Shown here one piece after another: positions 18,444-30,534 of a stretch of DNA of 64,000 bases. Origin of the DNA: a candidate division WOR-3 bacterium. Lineage in GTDB: Bacteria; Hydrothermota; UBA3073. Made by a program: the position numbers and the translations under genes. The notes beneath the pieces are model-generated. The model ran no database searches. It saw only the letters and a program-made list of their open reading frames with translations, and was not told the DNA's origin. The stretch is taken from NCBI GenBank assembly GCA_023129165.1, contig JAGMCL010000111.1, positions 201 through 64,200 on the forward strand, written 5' to 3'. Position 1 is the first letter of the stretch. The number at the start of each line of letters is the position of its first letter.

Positions 18444-19060
18444 TTAATTGGTTGATTAGTTGAATAGTTGAATGTTACATATGAAATGTTTGATGTGATG
18501 GTAGGAGCGACTTCCTAGTCGCGATAGAGGGAAGAGCGTCCCAGTGGAATAGTTGACACATTCCACAGGATAAATAGGGCGTAATGCGAAGAGCGTAGGG
18601 AGTAGGGCGATTGATGATTGACGAATGACGATTGAAGATTAGGGACATGTTAAAGGGTAAAAGGCAAATGGCAAATGTAATTAATTGTGGATTTCGGATT
18701 GCGAATTAGGGAAATGTTAAATATTTAATAGGATAAGAGTTAATTAGTTGAATATTAGATGTTACATGTTGAATGTTTAATGTTGAATGGGAAATTGACG
18801 ATTGGCGATTGAAGATTACGAATTTATAATTTCCATTTGAAAATTGGCTTGATCCTTTAACCATATTACTTTTTTACCTTTACCTTTTACTTTTTACTTT
18901 TACCTTTTTACTTATCTAATGACTCAATGACCCTAAGACTCTATTTATAAACCCAATGAACCCAATAAACTAAACAAACCAGACAAACTAAATAAACTAA
19001 ACAAACCAAATAAACTCAATAAACTCAACAAACCGTGTAAACTCAATAAACTAATTTTAC
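18440..19060. repeat. Patchwork of 7-9 nt short tandem repeat tracts with an embedded REP and a palindromic insert
   Basis: Tracts of AGGGCGT, GATTGAC, AAAAGGY, GATTTCG, TGTTGAA, TTTTACY, AATGACYC and AAACTCAAT; REP GTAGGAGCGACTTCCTAGTCGCGAT near 18502; CCCAGTGGAAT..ATTCCACAGG near 18540. Confidence 0.8.
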
Positions 19061-19064
19061 TTTT

Positions 19065-20150
19065 ATGAAAATATTAATGGTATCTGATTTATATTACCCC
19101 CATACGGGTGGTGTTTCTGAACATATATACCATTTGTCATGTGAGTTAATTAAAAAGGGGCACTGTGTTACTGTAATGGCACCACATATGACCGGGGAGG
19201 AGGATACTGTTGAAATACCACCAGTTGCAAGGGTAGGGAAGGCTATACCAATTTTGGCAAATCGTTCACATTCTCAGGTTGCAGTTGCATGGGATATACA
19301 AAAACAGGTGAATGATGTGCTTGAAAGTGGATTTGATATTATTCACATACACAGTTTTGTTCCAGTGCTTCCTATTCTTGCCTTGAAACATTCAAATACC
19401 AGGAATGTTATAACTGTTCATGCAGCCTACGAAAAGAGTCTTCCTTATACAGCATCTAAGAGATATTTATTGAGGTATTTTAATAAGTTACATGCAAGGA
19501 TAGCCGTTTCAAAGGTTGCGGAAAATTCGCTGTCGATGTTTTTCCCGGGAAGGTATAAAATAATACCAAATGGGGTGGATATTAATAGATTTAATCCAGA
19601 TGTTAAACCACTGCCGGAATTTGAGGGAAGATTTAATATACTCTTCGTTGGAAGGTTTGAACCCAGAAAGGGTTTGAGATATTTACTTTCTGCATTTCAT
19701 ATTATAAAAAGACAGGTTCCATGGGCAAGGCTAATCGTGGTAGGAAGTGGTAGATTTGAGGTTCCCAAGAGATATACAGATGATATAATTTTGCGTAGAT
19801 GTGTCCATTCTTCACTGATTCCAAGTTACTATACATCTGCAGATGTCTTTTGCAGTCCTGCGACAGGGAATGAGAGTTTTGGAATTGTATTAATTGAGGC
19901 TATGGCTTGTGGAATACCTGTTGTGGCATCATCTATTGCGGGTTACAGGTGTGTTATTAAGAATGGAGAAAATGGAATATTAGCAGAAAACAGGAATCCT
20001 CAGGCCATAGCATCTGCTATTATAGGACTTGCAAGAGATAGGATTACACGAGAGGAACTGGGTAAAAGGGGAAGGCAATTTGCCACCTCGTTCTCCTGGG
20101 ATAAAATAACAAATAAGGTTGAGGAAGTTTATAATTCATTATATGATTAA
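19065..20150 (+). CDS. GT4 glycosyltransferase (PimA-like)
   Basis: GGVSEH, IIPNGVD, FVGRFEPRKG and ESFGIVLIEAMA. Confidence 0.92.
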   Translation: MKILMVSDLYYPHTGGVSEHIYHLSCELIKKGHCVTVMAPHMTGEEDTVEIPPVARVGKAIPILANRSHSQVAVAWDIQKQVNDVLESGFDIIHIHSFVPVLPILALKHSNTRNVITVHAAYEKSLPYTASKRYLLRYFNKLHARIAVSKVAENSLSMFFPGRYKIIPNGVDINRFNPDVKPLPEFEGRFNILFVGRFEPRKGLRYLLSAFHIIKRQVPWARLIVVGSGRFEVPKRYTDDIILRRCVHSSLIPSYYTSADVFCSPATGNESFGIVLIEAMACGIPVVASSIAGYRCVIKNGENGILAENRNPQAIASAIIGLARDRITREELGKRGRQFATSFSWDKITNKVEEVYNSLYD

Positions 20151-20174
20151 TTAAAGGGGAAAGAATATTTCAAA

Positions 20175-20500
20175 CTACAGAGGACACAGAGGAAAATAAA
20201 CAATGTAAAATGTTGAATGTTAAATGTTTAATGTAGGAGCGACTTCCTAGTCGCGATAAATTCCCATAAGGGTTAATCGGGGTTAGGAAACCCCTCCTAC
20301 AAAAAGGGAGGGTAGGAGCCCCGCCTTTGGCGGGGGAATAAGAGAAGAGAGATGAGGAATTAAAGCAAACTGACATCTGTGGTTTATACTTGCATAGCAA
20401 TATTAAAAGATGGGATAAAGAGATTATTTTATAGAGGTCACAGAGGGGAGGAATAAAAATCTTTTATAATCTCTTGATACTAAAGATTCTCTGTGGTTCC
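20175..20500. repeat. Intergenic repeat cluster: GTAG REPs and CACAGAG-type dispersed repeat
   Basis: GTAGGAGCGACTTCCTAGTCGCGAT near 20233, identical to 18502; REP near 20312; 20403-20498 is an inverted homolog of 38981-39135. Confidence 0.75.
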
Positions 20501-20615
20501 CCTATTAAATAAAGTACCAGAAGCGATGACTTGTACTTAATTTTGTAACTATTTAACAGGGTGAATCTGTGGTTAGATTTTTGACAATAGTCTACAAAAT
20601 TAAAGGGGTAAGAAT

Positions 20616-21677
20616 ATGATATCACTACAGCAGGAGATGAGCCAATTGAAACAGAGGATAGATGAAAGGCTTCTTAAACTACTCGAGGATAAGAAGAAAA
20701 TAGCAGGCGACTCTTATAACAAAGCACTCTACAACCTTCTTATTGATTTTGCAATGCGTGGAGGAAAAAGACTTCGTCCAATTCTTATGATAGAGTCTTA
20801 CAAGGCATGTGGTGGCAAAGACATAGATGCAATAATAGATGCATCGTTGTCTATGGAACTTATTGAAAACTATCTGTTGATACACGATGATATAATTGAC
20901 AGGGATTATATACGACGTGGAGGTCCAAGTTTTCATAAGATGGTTGAAAGGCTTTTAGAAAAAGAAAATGAGGAATTAAAAATTGCTCCTAATCTCTCAC
21001 ACTTTGGTATATCAGGTGCATTGATAGGTGGGGATGTTTTTTCTACCCTTTCCATGATTCCAATTCTCAAATCACCTTTCCCAGCTCATTTGAAGATAGA
21101 AGCTCTGAAGGAGTGTGCATCTGCGTGTGAACAGTGTTTCAAGGGAGAGCTAATTGATGTAATAATGGAGAAAATTGAGGACGTAGACGAAGAGGAGTTA
21201 CTTCGTATGATTGATCTTAAGACTGGCAGTTATACCACCTATCTACCGCTTGTTGTTGGTGGAATATTTGGGGGGTTTAAGAATCTTGCAGTGTTAAGGG
21301 GTTATGGAATGCTTATAGGTCGTGCCTTTCAGATAAGGGACGATATACTGGGTACGTTTGGTGAAAATAAGAAAACTGGTAAGCCAACATCGTCTGATAT
21401 TAGACAGGGTAAAAAAACATTGCTGGTAATTTATGTATTAAAAAAAGCAAATTCACCGGATAGGAAGTTCTTGAGTAGTAAACTTGGCAAAGATGTAAGT
21501 GTAAAAGATATGAGCAGGATAAAACAAATTATTAGTGATTGTGGAGCACTTGAATATTCATTGGATAAAATTGAAGATTATTCTACACAGGCAAAAGAAA
21601 AACTCCTTTCCTCCTCTCTAAAATCTAAGGACTTTTTCATCCAATTCGCAGACTATCTGACAACTCGAGAATTTTGA
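20616..21677 (+). CDS. Polyprenyl diphosphate synthase (GGPP-synthase-like)
   Basis: GGKRLRP, LLIHDDIID..RRG, KTG.Y, FQIRDD and D..QGKKT. Confidence 0.93.
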   Translation: MISLQQEMSQLKQRIDERLLKLLEDKKKIAGDSYNKALYNLLIDFAMRGGKRLRPILMIESYKACGGKDIDAIIDASLSMELIENYLLIHDDIIDRDYIRRGGPSFHKMVERLLEKENEELKIAPNLSHFGISGALIGGDVFSTLSMIPILKSPFPAHLKIEALKECASACEQCFKGELIDVIMEKIEDVDEEELLRMIDLKTGSYTTYLPLVVGGIFGGFKNLAVLRGYGMLIGRAFQIRDDILGTFGENKKTGKPTSSDIRQGKKTLLVIYVLKKANSPDRKFLSSKLGKDVSVKDMSRIKQIISDCGALEYSLDKIEDYSTQAKEKLLSSSLKSKDFFIQFADYLTTREF

Positions 21678-21870
21678 ATATCCTTCCCAATTTACTTTCC
21701 TTTACAAAAGATAGAGCTATGATATCCTAAGAATTTATATCTATGTGCATAGAAGTCATATGTTTTCAAAAGATATCTTTTGATAAATAAAATTAAGATT
21801 TTTATTAATATGATTCTAAGATTGTACAATTTATTTTTAAGCACCAAGGGAACATTTTTTAATTTTTTAC

Positions 21871-21899
21871 TTGACAAAAAGTAATTTTTTTATTATAAT
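21871..21899 (+). promoter_or_regulatory. Sigma70 promoter
   Basis: TTGACA-17-TATAAT about 355 nt upstream of 22256. Confidence 0.55.
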
Positions 21900-22255
21900 A
21901 TATGTAGATATCCTACTTTTATTGTAAGTGAATGTTAAAGCTAATATAATCCACATTCCTATTGAACTCCTCGTATACTTAACGAGATCTAACGAACTGC
22001 AATTAGAAATACACCTTAAAGAAACACGCAGTAATTATTCCTACTTGATAGAACAAGATTTAGAATTGTAGTAGCCTCTTAAAATTAATCATCTCCTGTT
22101 CATATAGATACCCATCATTATAAGAGATCAACTCAGTTTCAAACGAAAAAACTAAATATCACGCTCTTCTTATCAGTCTCTTAATTTTATATGTTTTTAG
22201 AGTCAATTTTAGATAGCGTCAGTTCTTGGTGGATAATTAACCCAAGGAATTAGAG

Positions 22256-23674
22256 ATGAGAAACTTCCGTAACATGATATTTTTTTACGTAGTAATATTT
22301 AGTTCTATGACTGTCTTTTCCTGGACTACTCCGACTAATATATCAAATAGTGAGATGGTGTCGGCAGATCCTTCAATTGCAATTGGCAAAGACAATCTCG
22401 TACATGTAGTGTGGGATGAAAGAGATGATCACACTGAAGCTGAAATTTTCTATTCTTATTGCATGGAAAACTCCTGGATTCAACCAATTAATGTCTCACA
22501 TAATTCATACTTTTCATGGTTACCTACTATAGCGACTGATACAACTGGATATCCACATGTCGTTTGGACCGACTCTGGAGACGATTGGTTGTATTGGTCC
22601 TTTTTTAATGGTGAGAACTGGGTTACCCCAGAAGATATCTTCAATCAGCAGGGGTTGGACTATATGCCCAGGATGGTTTCAGATGAGTTGAATCAGTTAC
22701 ACTTAGTTTGGTATAACTGGGGTACAAATAATGAAATTTGGTACGCTAACTATAATGGAAGTTCTTGGTCCTCACCTATTAATGTAACAAACGATGAAGA
22801 TGACTCAGCATTCCCTGATATAGCAATTGATTCAGAAGGAAACATTCATGTCGTATGGATCAACTATGGTGCGGCAGGACATCCAGACAGCATTGATATA
22901 TACTATTCAAAATACGATGGTTTATCGTGGTCGATCCCAGTTAATATTTCAAATTTAGTCGGTTCGTCTTGTTACCCTCTTATTTCGATTGATTCTCGAA
23001 ACAGTCCTCATGTGGTTTGGGAGGAAAGATGGACTGATACAATAGGACATTACAGTCCCTACTATACATTCTTTGATAGTACCTACTGGTCTGAACCATA
23101 TATGCTTACAGATTCTTGCGAAAATGGTATTGAGCCGATTATTGGGGTTGATTCGAAAGACAGGGTACACATATTATGGACTAAAGGAGAATTCGGAGGT
23201 GGAATTTTTTATAGATACCTTGAAGGTGATACTTTTTCAAACTCTTATGAACTATCTGATACTGGTTGGGTACCATCTATAGCCATTGACTATGATGATA
23301 ACCTTCATGTGGTATTTGGAGTGTTTGGCGAAATCTATTATTGCAAGCATGTACAAACAGGCATAAATTTTTTTGAAGATAACCAGTCCTTTCTTAAACA
23401 ATTCAGATTGAATCAGAATTTTCCAAATCCTTTTATCGAGAAAACCATAATTTCCTACTATGTACCCTATGAGTGTTACGTGGGTATTACTATTTATGAT
23501 ATAGCTGGCCGTATGATTGAGAGTATAGACCTAGGTTGCAGTGCAGAGGGATTTAACACTTACACTATAACGAAAAATAGGTTAATCAATAGAGGTAGCG
23601 GTATCTATTACTATCAATTAGATGCGAGTAATCATACCCTAACAAGAAAGATGGTATTTTGTAGAACTATGTGA
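22256..23674 (+). CDS. Secreted beta-propeller repeat protein with T9SS CTD
   Basis: Signal peptide; repeated P.IAID....HVVW..IYY..W..P.NIS blades; CTD NFPNPF..GIYYY. Confidence 0.88.
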   Translation: MRNFRNMIFFYVVIFSSMTVFSWTTPTNISNSEMVSADPSIAIGKDNLVHVVWDERDDHTEAEIFYSYCMENSWIQPINVSHNSYFSWLPTIATDTTGYPHVVWTDSGDDWLYWSFFNGENWVTPEDIFNQQGLDYMPRMVSDELNQLHLVWYNWGTNNEIWYANYNGSSWSSPINVTNDEDDSAFPDIAIDSEGNIHVVWINYGAAGHPDSIDIYYSKYDGLSWSIPVNISNLVGSSCYPLISIDSRNSPHVVWEERWTDTIGHYSPYYTFFDSTYWSEPYMLTDSCENGIEPIIGVDSKDRVHILWTKGEFGGGIFYRYLEGDTFSNSYELSDTGWVPSIAIDYDDNLHVVFGVFGEIYYCKHVQTGINFFEDNQSFLKQFRLNQNFPNPFIEKTIISYYVPYECYVGITIYDIAGRMIESIDLGCSAEGFNTYTITKNRLINRGSGIYYYQLDASNHTLTRKMVFCRTM

Positions 23675-23687
23675 AAAAGACCCAAAG

Positions 23688-23862
23688 GGGGTCAGGTCTT
23701 TAGTTTTAAATTTACTTGACTTTTTCTAAAAGATATATTATATTGATACTCAAATGTTTCAATTATTGTTAAATATTTTGAAATTCAGATAGTAAAAAAC
23801 CCACACCCTGGAGAAAAGTTTATAAGGTTACATAAAAAACTTAAAACTAAAGACCTGACCCC
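23688..23862. mobile_element. Gene-less 175-bp element with perfect 22-bp GGGGTCA-type inverted repeats
   Basis: GGGGTCAGGTCTTTAGTTTTAA (23688-23709) and its exact complement (23841-23862). Confidence 0.75.
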
Positions 23863-23994
23863 ATGATTCCACCTTTTTTCCCCAAAAATTGTCTAAATTA
23901 TCAAAAAAGGTTATTTAATACCGTTTTGAATTTATATGATTTTATAAAGCCCTTCTGAATAAGGTTTTGTGAAATATTTTTTGCTAAATTTTTC

Positions 23995-24023
23995 TTGACA
24001 ATCGTCGAAAAATGTGGTATAAT
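23995..24023 (+). promoter_or_regulatory. Sigma70 promoter upstream of gyrB
   Basis: TTGACA-17-TATAAT with extended -10 TG. Confidence 0.65.
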
Positions 24024-24290
24024 AATGCATGTAAGATATATACAAATTTTATATTAAAAAGATTCTGTGAAAAATGATATGAATGAATATATCCGAAGGG
24101 TTCGCATGGAAAAGAACAAGTATCGAAGTTCGTGATGTATTTTTCCAGTCTCGAGCTTCCAGTTTCGAGTTTCGTTACGAGTTTCCATACCGATAAACTA
24201 GTTTCGATAATATTGGTTTTGTGAAGCACTATAATAAGTAGTAGTTCAGTATCAGCTAATTTTTTATCATCAAATATTATATTAAAATAG

Positions 24291-26195
<1,905 letters not shown>

Positions 26196-26726
26196 TTATA
26201 TTGATCTTGCGAGTCTTATTCTTAATAGGGCTTTTGCCCTGGATACTCTGACCTTTGCATTACTCTGTGTAATGCCGAGCTCCCTTGCTATCTTTCCGTA
26301 AGGATATCCTTTTACTTCCCTCATAATAAAGGCTTCCCTGTATTTATGAGGTAATCTTTCTATCTCTTTTTTTAATATTCTCCTCAACTCCACCTTTGTA
26401 ATATCTTCATTGAATGGTACAGAAAGGGTTTTAACTACTGCCGGGTCTTCAATTGAGATTTCTGTAACCTTGCTTCTCAACCTCATAAGTGAAAGATTTC
26501 GGGCAATACCTATTAACCAGGAGCCAAATTTTGTTGCATTCTTCAGGGTAGTTAAACGGGTATATGCAATAAAAAATGTCTCCATAGTTATATCCATTGC
26601 ATCATCTCTATTGTGCAGTATTTTATATGCTGTATTGTATATCTTCCTCTTATGCTTTTTTAGAAGAATTTCAAATGAATTCTCATCACCTGCTTTTGCT
26701 CGCTTTACAAGCTCTCTTTCTTCCAT
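26196..26726 (-). CDS. ECF RNA polymerase sigma factor
   Basis: AKAGDENSF, FGSWL..IARN and region 4 IARELG....KVRVSRAK. Confidence 0.92.
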   Translation of the reverse strand: MEERELVKRAKAGDENSFEILLKKHKRKIYNTAYKILHNRDDAMDITMETFFIAYTRLTTLKNATKFGSWLIGIARNLSLMRLRSKVTEISIEDPAVVKTLSVPFNEDITKVELRRILKKEIERLPHKYREAFIMREVKGYPYGKIARELGITQSNAKVRVSRAKALLRIRLARSI

Positions 26727-26799
26727 AATTATTATAGTATATCGCAAAGAACTAAAATTCTTGATTTAATACAAAAGAATTGAATTGATTGGTTTGAGC

Positions 26800-27408
26800 T
26801 TAATCAATGAGGTTAAGGATATCTTTATAACATTTTACTCTTTCCTCAATGTTATCTCTATCAAGAATGTCTCTCGAAACACAGATTCCATCGATATGTA
26901 GTTTGGATATTTGCTCAATCTTTTCAAGGGTTATACCTCCTATAGCAAAGAGAGGTATCTTGACAGACTTTTTAATATCCCTGAGAATGGATAATGAACG
27001 GATCTGAGATTTTTTTGTTTTTGAGGGGAATATTGAACCAAATGAAAGATAGTTTGCCCCTTCATTCTCTGCGCGAATAGCTTCTTCTACAGAATGAACT
27101 GAGACTCCTACTAATTTCTGCGGACCAAGTATCTTTCTTGCAGTATAAATAGAGACATCATCTTGCCCGATATGTACTCCATCAGCGTTTACTTCAAAGG
27201 TAATATCTGGGCGATTATTGATTATAAAGGTGGTGTTATAGTGACATAAAGCAGTATTTATCTTTCTCGCGTCCTTGATAATTTTTCTTGCCTCCTTGCT
27301 CTCCCTGAGCTGTATCATTGAGACACCCAATGAAGCAACTCTAACTGCTATTTGCTCTATTTTTCTGCCTTTAAGCCATTCCTCTCCAAGGATGATATAA
27401 AGAAGCAT
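26800..27408 (-). CDS. thiE: Thiamine-phosphate synthase
   Basis: QLRE, FIINN, GVHIGQDD, SVH, S.TK and AIGGI. Confidence 0.92.
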   Translation of the reverse strand: MLLYIILGEEWLKGRKIEQIAVRVASLGVSMIQLRESKEARKIIKDARKINTALCHYNTTFIINNRPDITFEVNADGVHIGQDDVSIYTARKILGPQKLVGVSVHSVEEAIRAENEGANYLSFGSIFPSKTKKSQIRSLSILRDIKKSVKIPLFAIGGITLEKIEQISKLHIDGICVSRDILDRDNIEERVKCYKDILNLID

Positions 27409-27493
27409 AAGATTATCTGGTTTGTATAGAAGAAATAATCTAATCAAACATTAGTTTGTTATACACTTATGTGTGTTCTTGAAATATAAACTC

Positions 27494-28135
27494 TCATTCT
27501 ATAAAGTTTATTTTCCTATATATCTTTCTTACGAGTTCCGTATCTCGCATACAGTACTCACATATTTCATCAATTCTTCCCTCTTTATAGTATTCATAGA
27601 CCTGAGAGCCATCCATATCGGTTTTTGAGGTTGGCAGGGAGAGAATATAGGCGAGCTTATCGAGTGATATTCTTGCGCTCCAATTTTCCCACTCCCACAT
27701 AGTATCGAAAACCATATCACGCCTATATCTTGCAAAATTTATTCGTACAGTGGGCTTTATCCCATATATTATACATTTCTTAGAAATAAATTTTAAATCG
27801 AAATCAAGTATATTATGTCCTACGAAGAGATTGACATCCCTGCAAAACTCCCAGAATTCTTGTATTAAATTTTTTTCATCTCCCCTGAATATCATTTTCT
27901 CCAGATGGTTGTCTCTTTCCTTAATACAGGCAATGCATACTATCTGACCGAAGTCACCTGAAAGGGAAGTCTTCTCAAGGGTTTCTCTGATTTTTTTAGG
28001 CTTTTCTTTCACCTCCCATTTTTTCAGTTCTGTGAATGTTGTGACTTCCTTTGGTTGCTTTATATGTGTCTCAAAATACCTTTTGGCGTTTTTTCCACCG
28101 GGAATAGTTTCGATATCTAAAAATAGAATATTCAT
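27494..28135 (-). CDS. Stand-alone PolB-like 3'-5' exonuclease (DEDDy)
   Basis: ExoI LDIET, ExoII GHNILDFD and ExoIII YCMRD. Confidence 0.85.
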   Translation of the reverse strand: MNILFLDIETIPGGKNAKRYFETHIKQPKEVTTFTELKKWEVKEKPKKIRETLEKTSLSGDFGQIVCIACIKERDNHLEKMIFRGDEKNLIQEFWEFCRDVNLFVGHNILDFDLKFISKKCIIYGIKPTVRINFARYRRDMVFDTMWEWENWSARISLDKLAYILSLPTSKTDMDGSQVYEYYKEGRIDEICEYCMRDTELVRKIYRKINFIE

Positions 28136-28137
28136 AA

Positions 28138-28581
28138 TTAATCCCCAAAGTTTCTATTACCCTCCTCTGTCTGCAGCCACCATTCAAAAAATATGATTAT
28201 TTCTTTTGTAATATCTCCAGTTCTTTGTACCTTTGCATAATGTGGGGCGTCATCGGTCTTAAGAAAATAATAGTAAGGATAGCTCTCTTCATCTGTCCAT
28301 TCAAATACTTCACAGGTTAAGTATCCCTGTGCGGGAGCAGTATCACTATCTCCTACAACCCTGACAACTCCATTGGCGTGTATATAGACATATCCACTGT
28401 TATGCTCCAGTTGGAACTCTCCGTAATCTCCCCCTGGAAATGTGAATGTATAAAATCCATTTTCTGTTAAATCACAACTACCAGTTCCATGTCTTATGCT
28501 CGATGGGGGTTGTAGTGGATTCTCATTACAGGCAATAATAATTAATAGGACCAAAGGAAAGAGAAAAGTGAGCTTTTTCAT
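28138..28581 (-). CDS. Lipoprotein of unknown function
   Basis: MKK plus hydrophobic stretch plus IIAC lipobox. Confidence 0.75.
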   Translation of the reverse strand: MKKLTFLFPLVLLIIIACNENPLQPPSSIRHGTGSCDLTENGFYTFTFPGGDYGEFQLEHNSGYVYIHANGVVRVVGDSDTAPAQGYLTCEVFEWTDEESYPYYYFLKTDDAPHYAKVQRTGDITKEIIIFFEWWLQTEEGNRNFGD

Positions 28582-28630
28582 ACGCTATTATAAAATTAGA
28601 TTTTCGTTTATCGTTAAGGTAATTTTAACG

Positions 28631-29245
28631 CTATGTTTTTGTTATATTTCTTATTGAAGATAGTTTTATTGCTCTTGAAGATATCAATTGTGTTAGCAAC
28701 TTTTTCAGCTTTTTAACAGGAAGACCAACTACATTGTGATAGTCACCTATGATATATTCTATAAATTTATCACCATTTTCCTGGATTGCGTAAGCACCCG
28801 CCTTATCCTCCCAATTACTTGATGAAAGATATGAAATTATCTCTTCTTCCTTCAGCTCCTTCATCTTTACAATTGTTTCTTCATAATCAGATATCTTTTT
28901 AATACCCTTATTATTTTTTACAATAATACATAGACTAGTAATTACCACGTGTTCACTACCTGATAGGCGAGATAAGATATCATATGCATCCCTCTCATTC
29001 TGTGGTTTGCCGATTATAGAACCATTTAGTGATACTACAGTATCAGCAGATATTATTACTCCATTCTTTATGTTCAGGGCAACAGATTCCGCCTTTGCTT
29101 CTGATGCCTTAAGTGCAAATTCTACAGCATTTGTATCATCAATAAGACTCTCATCTATACCACTCTTTATTACATCAAAAGAGGGTATGAGTGTTCGAAG
29201 AAGTTCCTCTCTTCTCGGTGATGCTGAAGCTAATATAAATCTCAT
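28631..29245 (-). CDS. maf: Maf family nucleotide pyrophosphatase
   Basis: ILASASPRR, SADTVV, GKP, DKAGAY and NVVGLP. Confidence 0.95.
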   Translation of the reverse strand: MRFILASASPRREELLRTLIPSFDVIKSGIDESLIDDTNAVEFALKASEAKAESVALNIKNGVIISADTVVSLNGSIIGKPQNERDAYDILSRLSGSEHVVITSLCIIVKNNKGIKKISDYEETIVKMKELKEEEIISYLSSSNWEDKAGAYAIQENGDKFIEYIIGDYHNVVGLPVKKLKKLLTQLISSRAIKLSSIRNITKT

Positions 29246-30489
29246 GTTTTTAACCTCTTTGTTTTGGCTGCTGGGAAAAGAATATTATTGAGTATAAGTC
29301 TGTAACCAGGGGAATTTGGAAAATTTTCTAACGCTGTTGGAGGGTCACCAACAAGATGTGCAAAATCTTCAGGGTCATGACCACCAAGAAATGTAAAGAA
29401 CCCTTTTCCTCTATCCCCATAAATATACTTTACCTCTTCAGTATCCTTGATATCTGCCATGACAACTACGTCATCCTTTATCAAATTTCTTTTGAATCCA
29501 GTGTTCTGTCCAAGATATTCCCTAATATGTTTTGTATGGTTCTGAGTGAGCATAGAAGGGATAGGGTCGTATTTTGCATCGAAATTTTTTAATGTAAAAT
29601 ATACATTTTCACCTCTTCTGTGTGCCTCTCTGGTTACATCAATATCAGAATGATTATAAATTAACGGGTTTACATCAGGTGTGAAATCTGTAAAGGAAAA
29701 TGTACTATTATAATCAAGTTTATCCATAAAGTTAGATTCCTCTGGCGTGCCATCAAATGGTTGACCTACTATGTCTACTTCAAGTGCTGCAAGTGCTATA
29801 TCAATCGTTTCAGTTGCTGAACACATGGCAAAAAGGAATCCCCCATCCTCAACATACTCTCTTATATTTAAGGCAACTGCATGTTTCAATCTCCATACTG
29901 ATGAAAAGCCAAGTCTTTTAGCCATGTTCTCATTTATCGCAACTTCTTTCTTATACCAGTCTGCATTGTGGTAGGACCTGTAAAATTTACCATATTGACC
30001 AGTGAAATCTTCATGATGGAGATGTACCCAGTCATATGAAGATAAGGCTCCTGAAAGGACCTCTTCATCCCATAGGTTGTCGTATGGAATATCGGCATAC
30101 TCCAGCGCAAGTCTGACAGCATCATCCCAGGGAGAAGAATGTGGCGGTACATAAACAGCTACCTTTGCAGCCTCTTCAAGAATGATCTTCTCCATATTAT
30201 TGGATTCTATTAAATCATAGATCTGTTTCACTTCTGCTTCACTTACAATAGAGTAACTAACATGTTTCTGAATACAGAGGTTTTCGAGTTGCCTGTTATA
30301 GTCGATTAGAAAAGAGCCACTTCTGTAATTAAGAAGCCATTCAACCCTTTTCTCTAAAAGTAATGCATGATAGGCAATACCATAGGCACGTAGATGGTCA
30401 CTCTGCATTGTATCCATAAAAATAAGAAGCCTTGCAGATGAGAGTGGGAGTGCAATGATTATTGCTATAAAAATGAATAATTTACGCAT
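29242..30489 (-). CDS. Conserved exported FCB protein with a glutamine-amidotransferase-like domain
   Basis: Signal peptide; WLLNYR.GSF, PWDDAV, HLHHEDFTGQYGKF, AMCSAT and GHDPED. Confidence 0.8.
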   Translation of the reverse strand: MRKLFIFIAIIIALPLSSARLLIFMDTMQSDHLRAYGIAYHALLLEKRVEWLLNYRSGSFLIDYNRQLENLCIQKHVSYSIVSEAEVKQIYDLIESNNMEKIILEEAAKVAVYVPPHSSPWDDAVRLALEYADIPYDNLWDEEVLSGALSSYDWVHLHHEDFTGQYGKFYRSYHNADWYKKEVAINENMAKRLGFSSVWRLKHAVALNIREYVEDGGFLFAMCSATETIDIALAALEVDIVGQPFDGTPEESNFMDKLDYNSTFSFTDFTPDVNPLIYNHSDIDVTREAHRRGENVYFTLKNFDAKYDPIPSMLTQNHTKHIREYLGQNTGFKRNLIKDDVVVMADIKDTEEVKYIYGDRGKGFFTFLGGHDPEDFAHLVGDPPTALENFPNSPGYRLILNNILFPAAKTKRLKT

Positions 30490-30534
30490 ATGATAGATAA
30501 TTGTCTATTCGTTTTCTTGATATTCAATGTTTTT

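Noticed and set aside
23863-24290. Replication origin upstream of gyrB
   Set aside because: AT-rich, but no TTATCCACA-type DnaA box cluster was seen and dnaA/dnaN are not adjacent.
27409-27493. TPP riboswitch upstream of thiE
   Set aside because: The spacer is short and AT-rich with no CTGAGA core.
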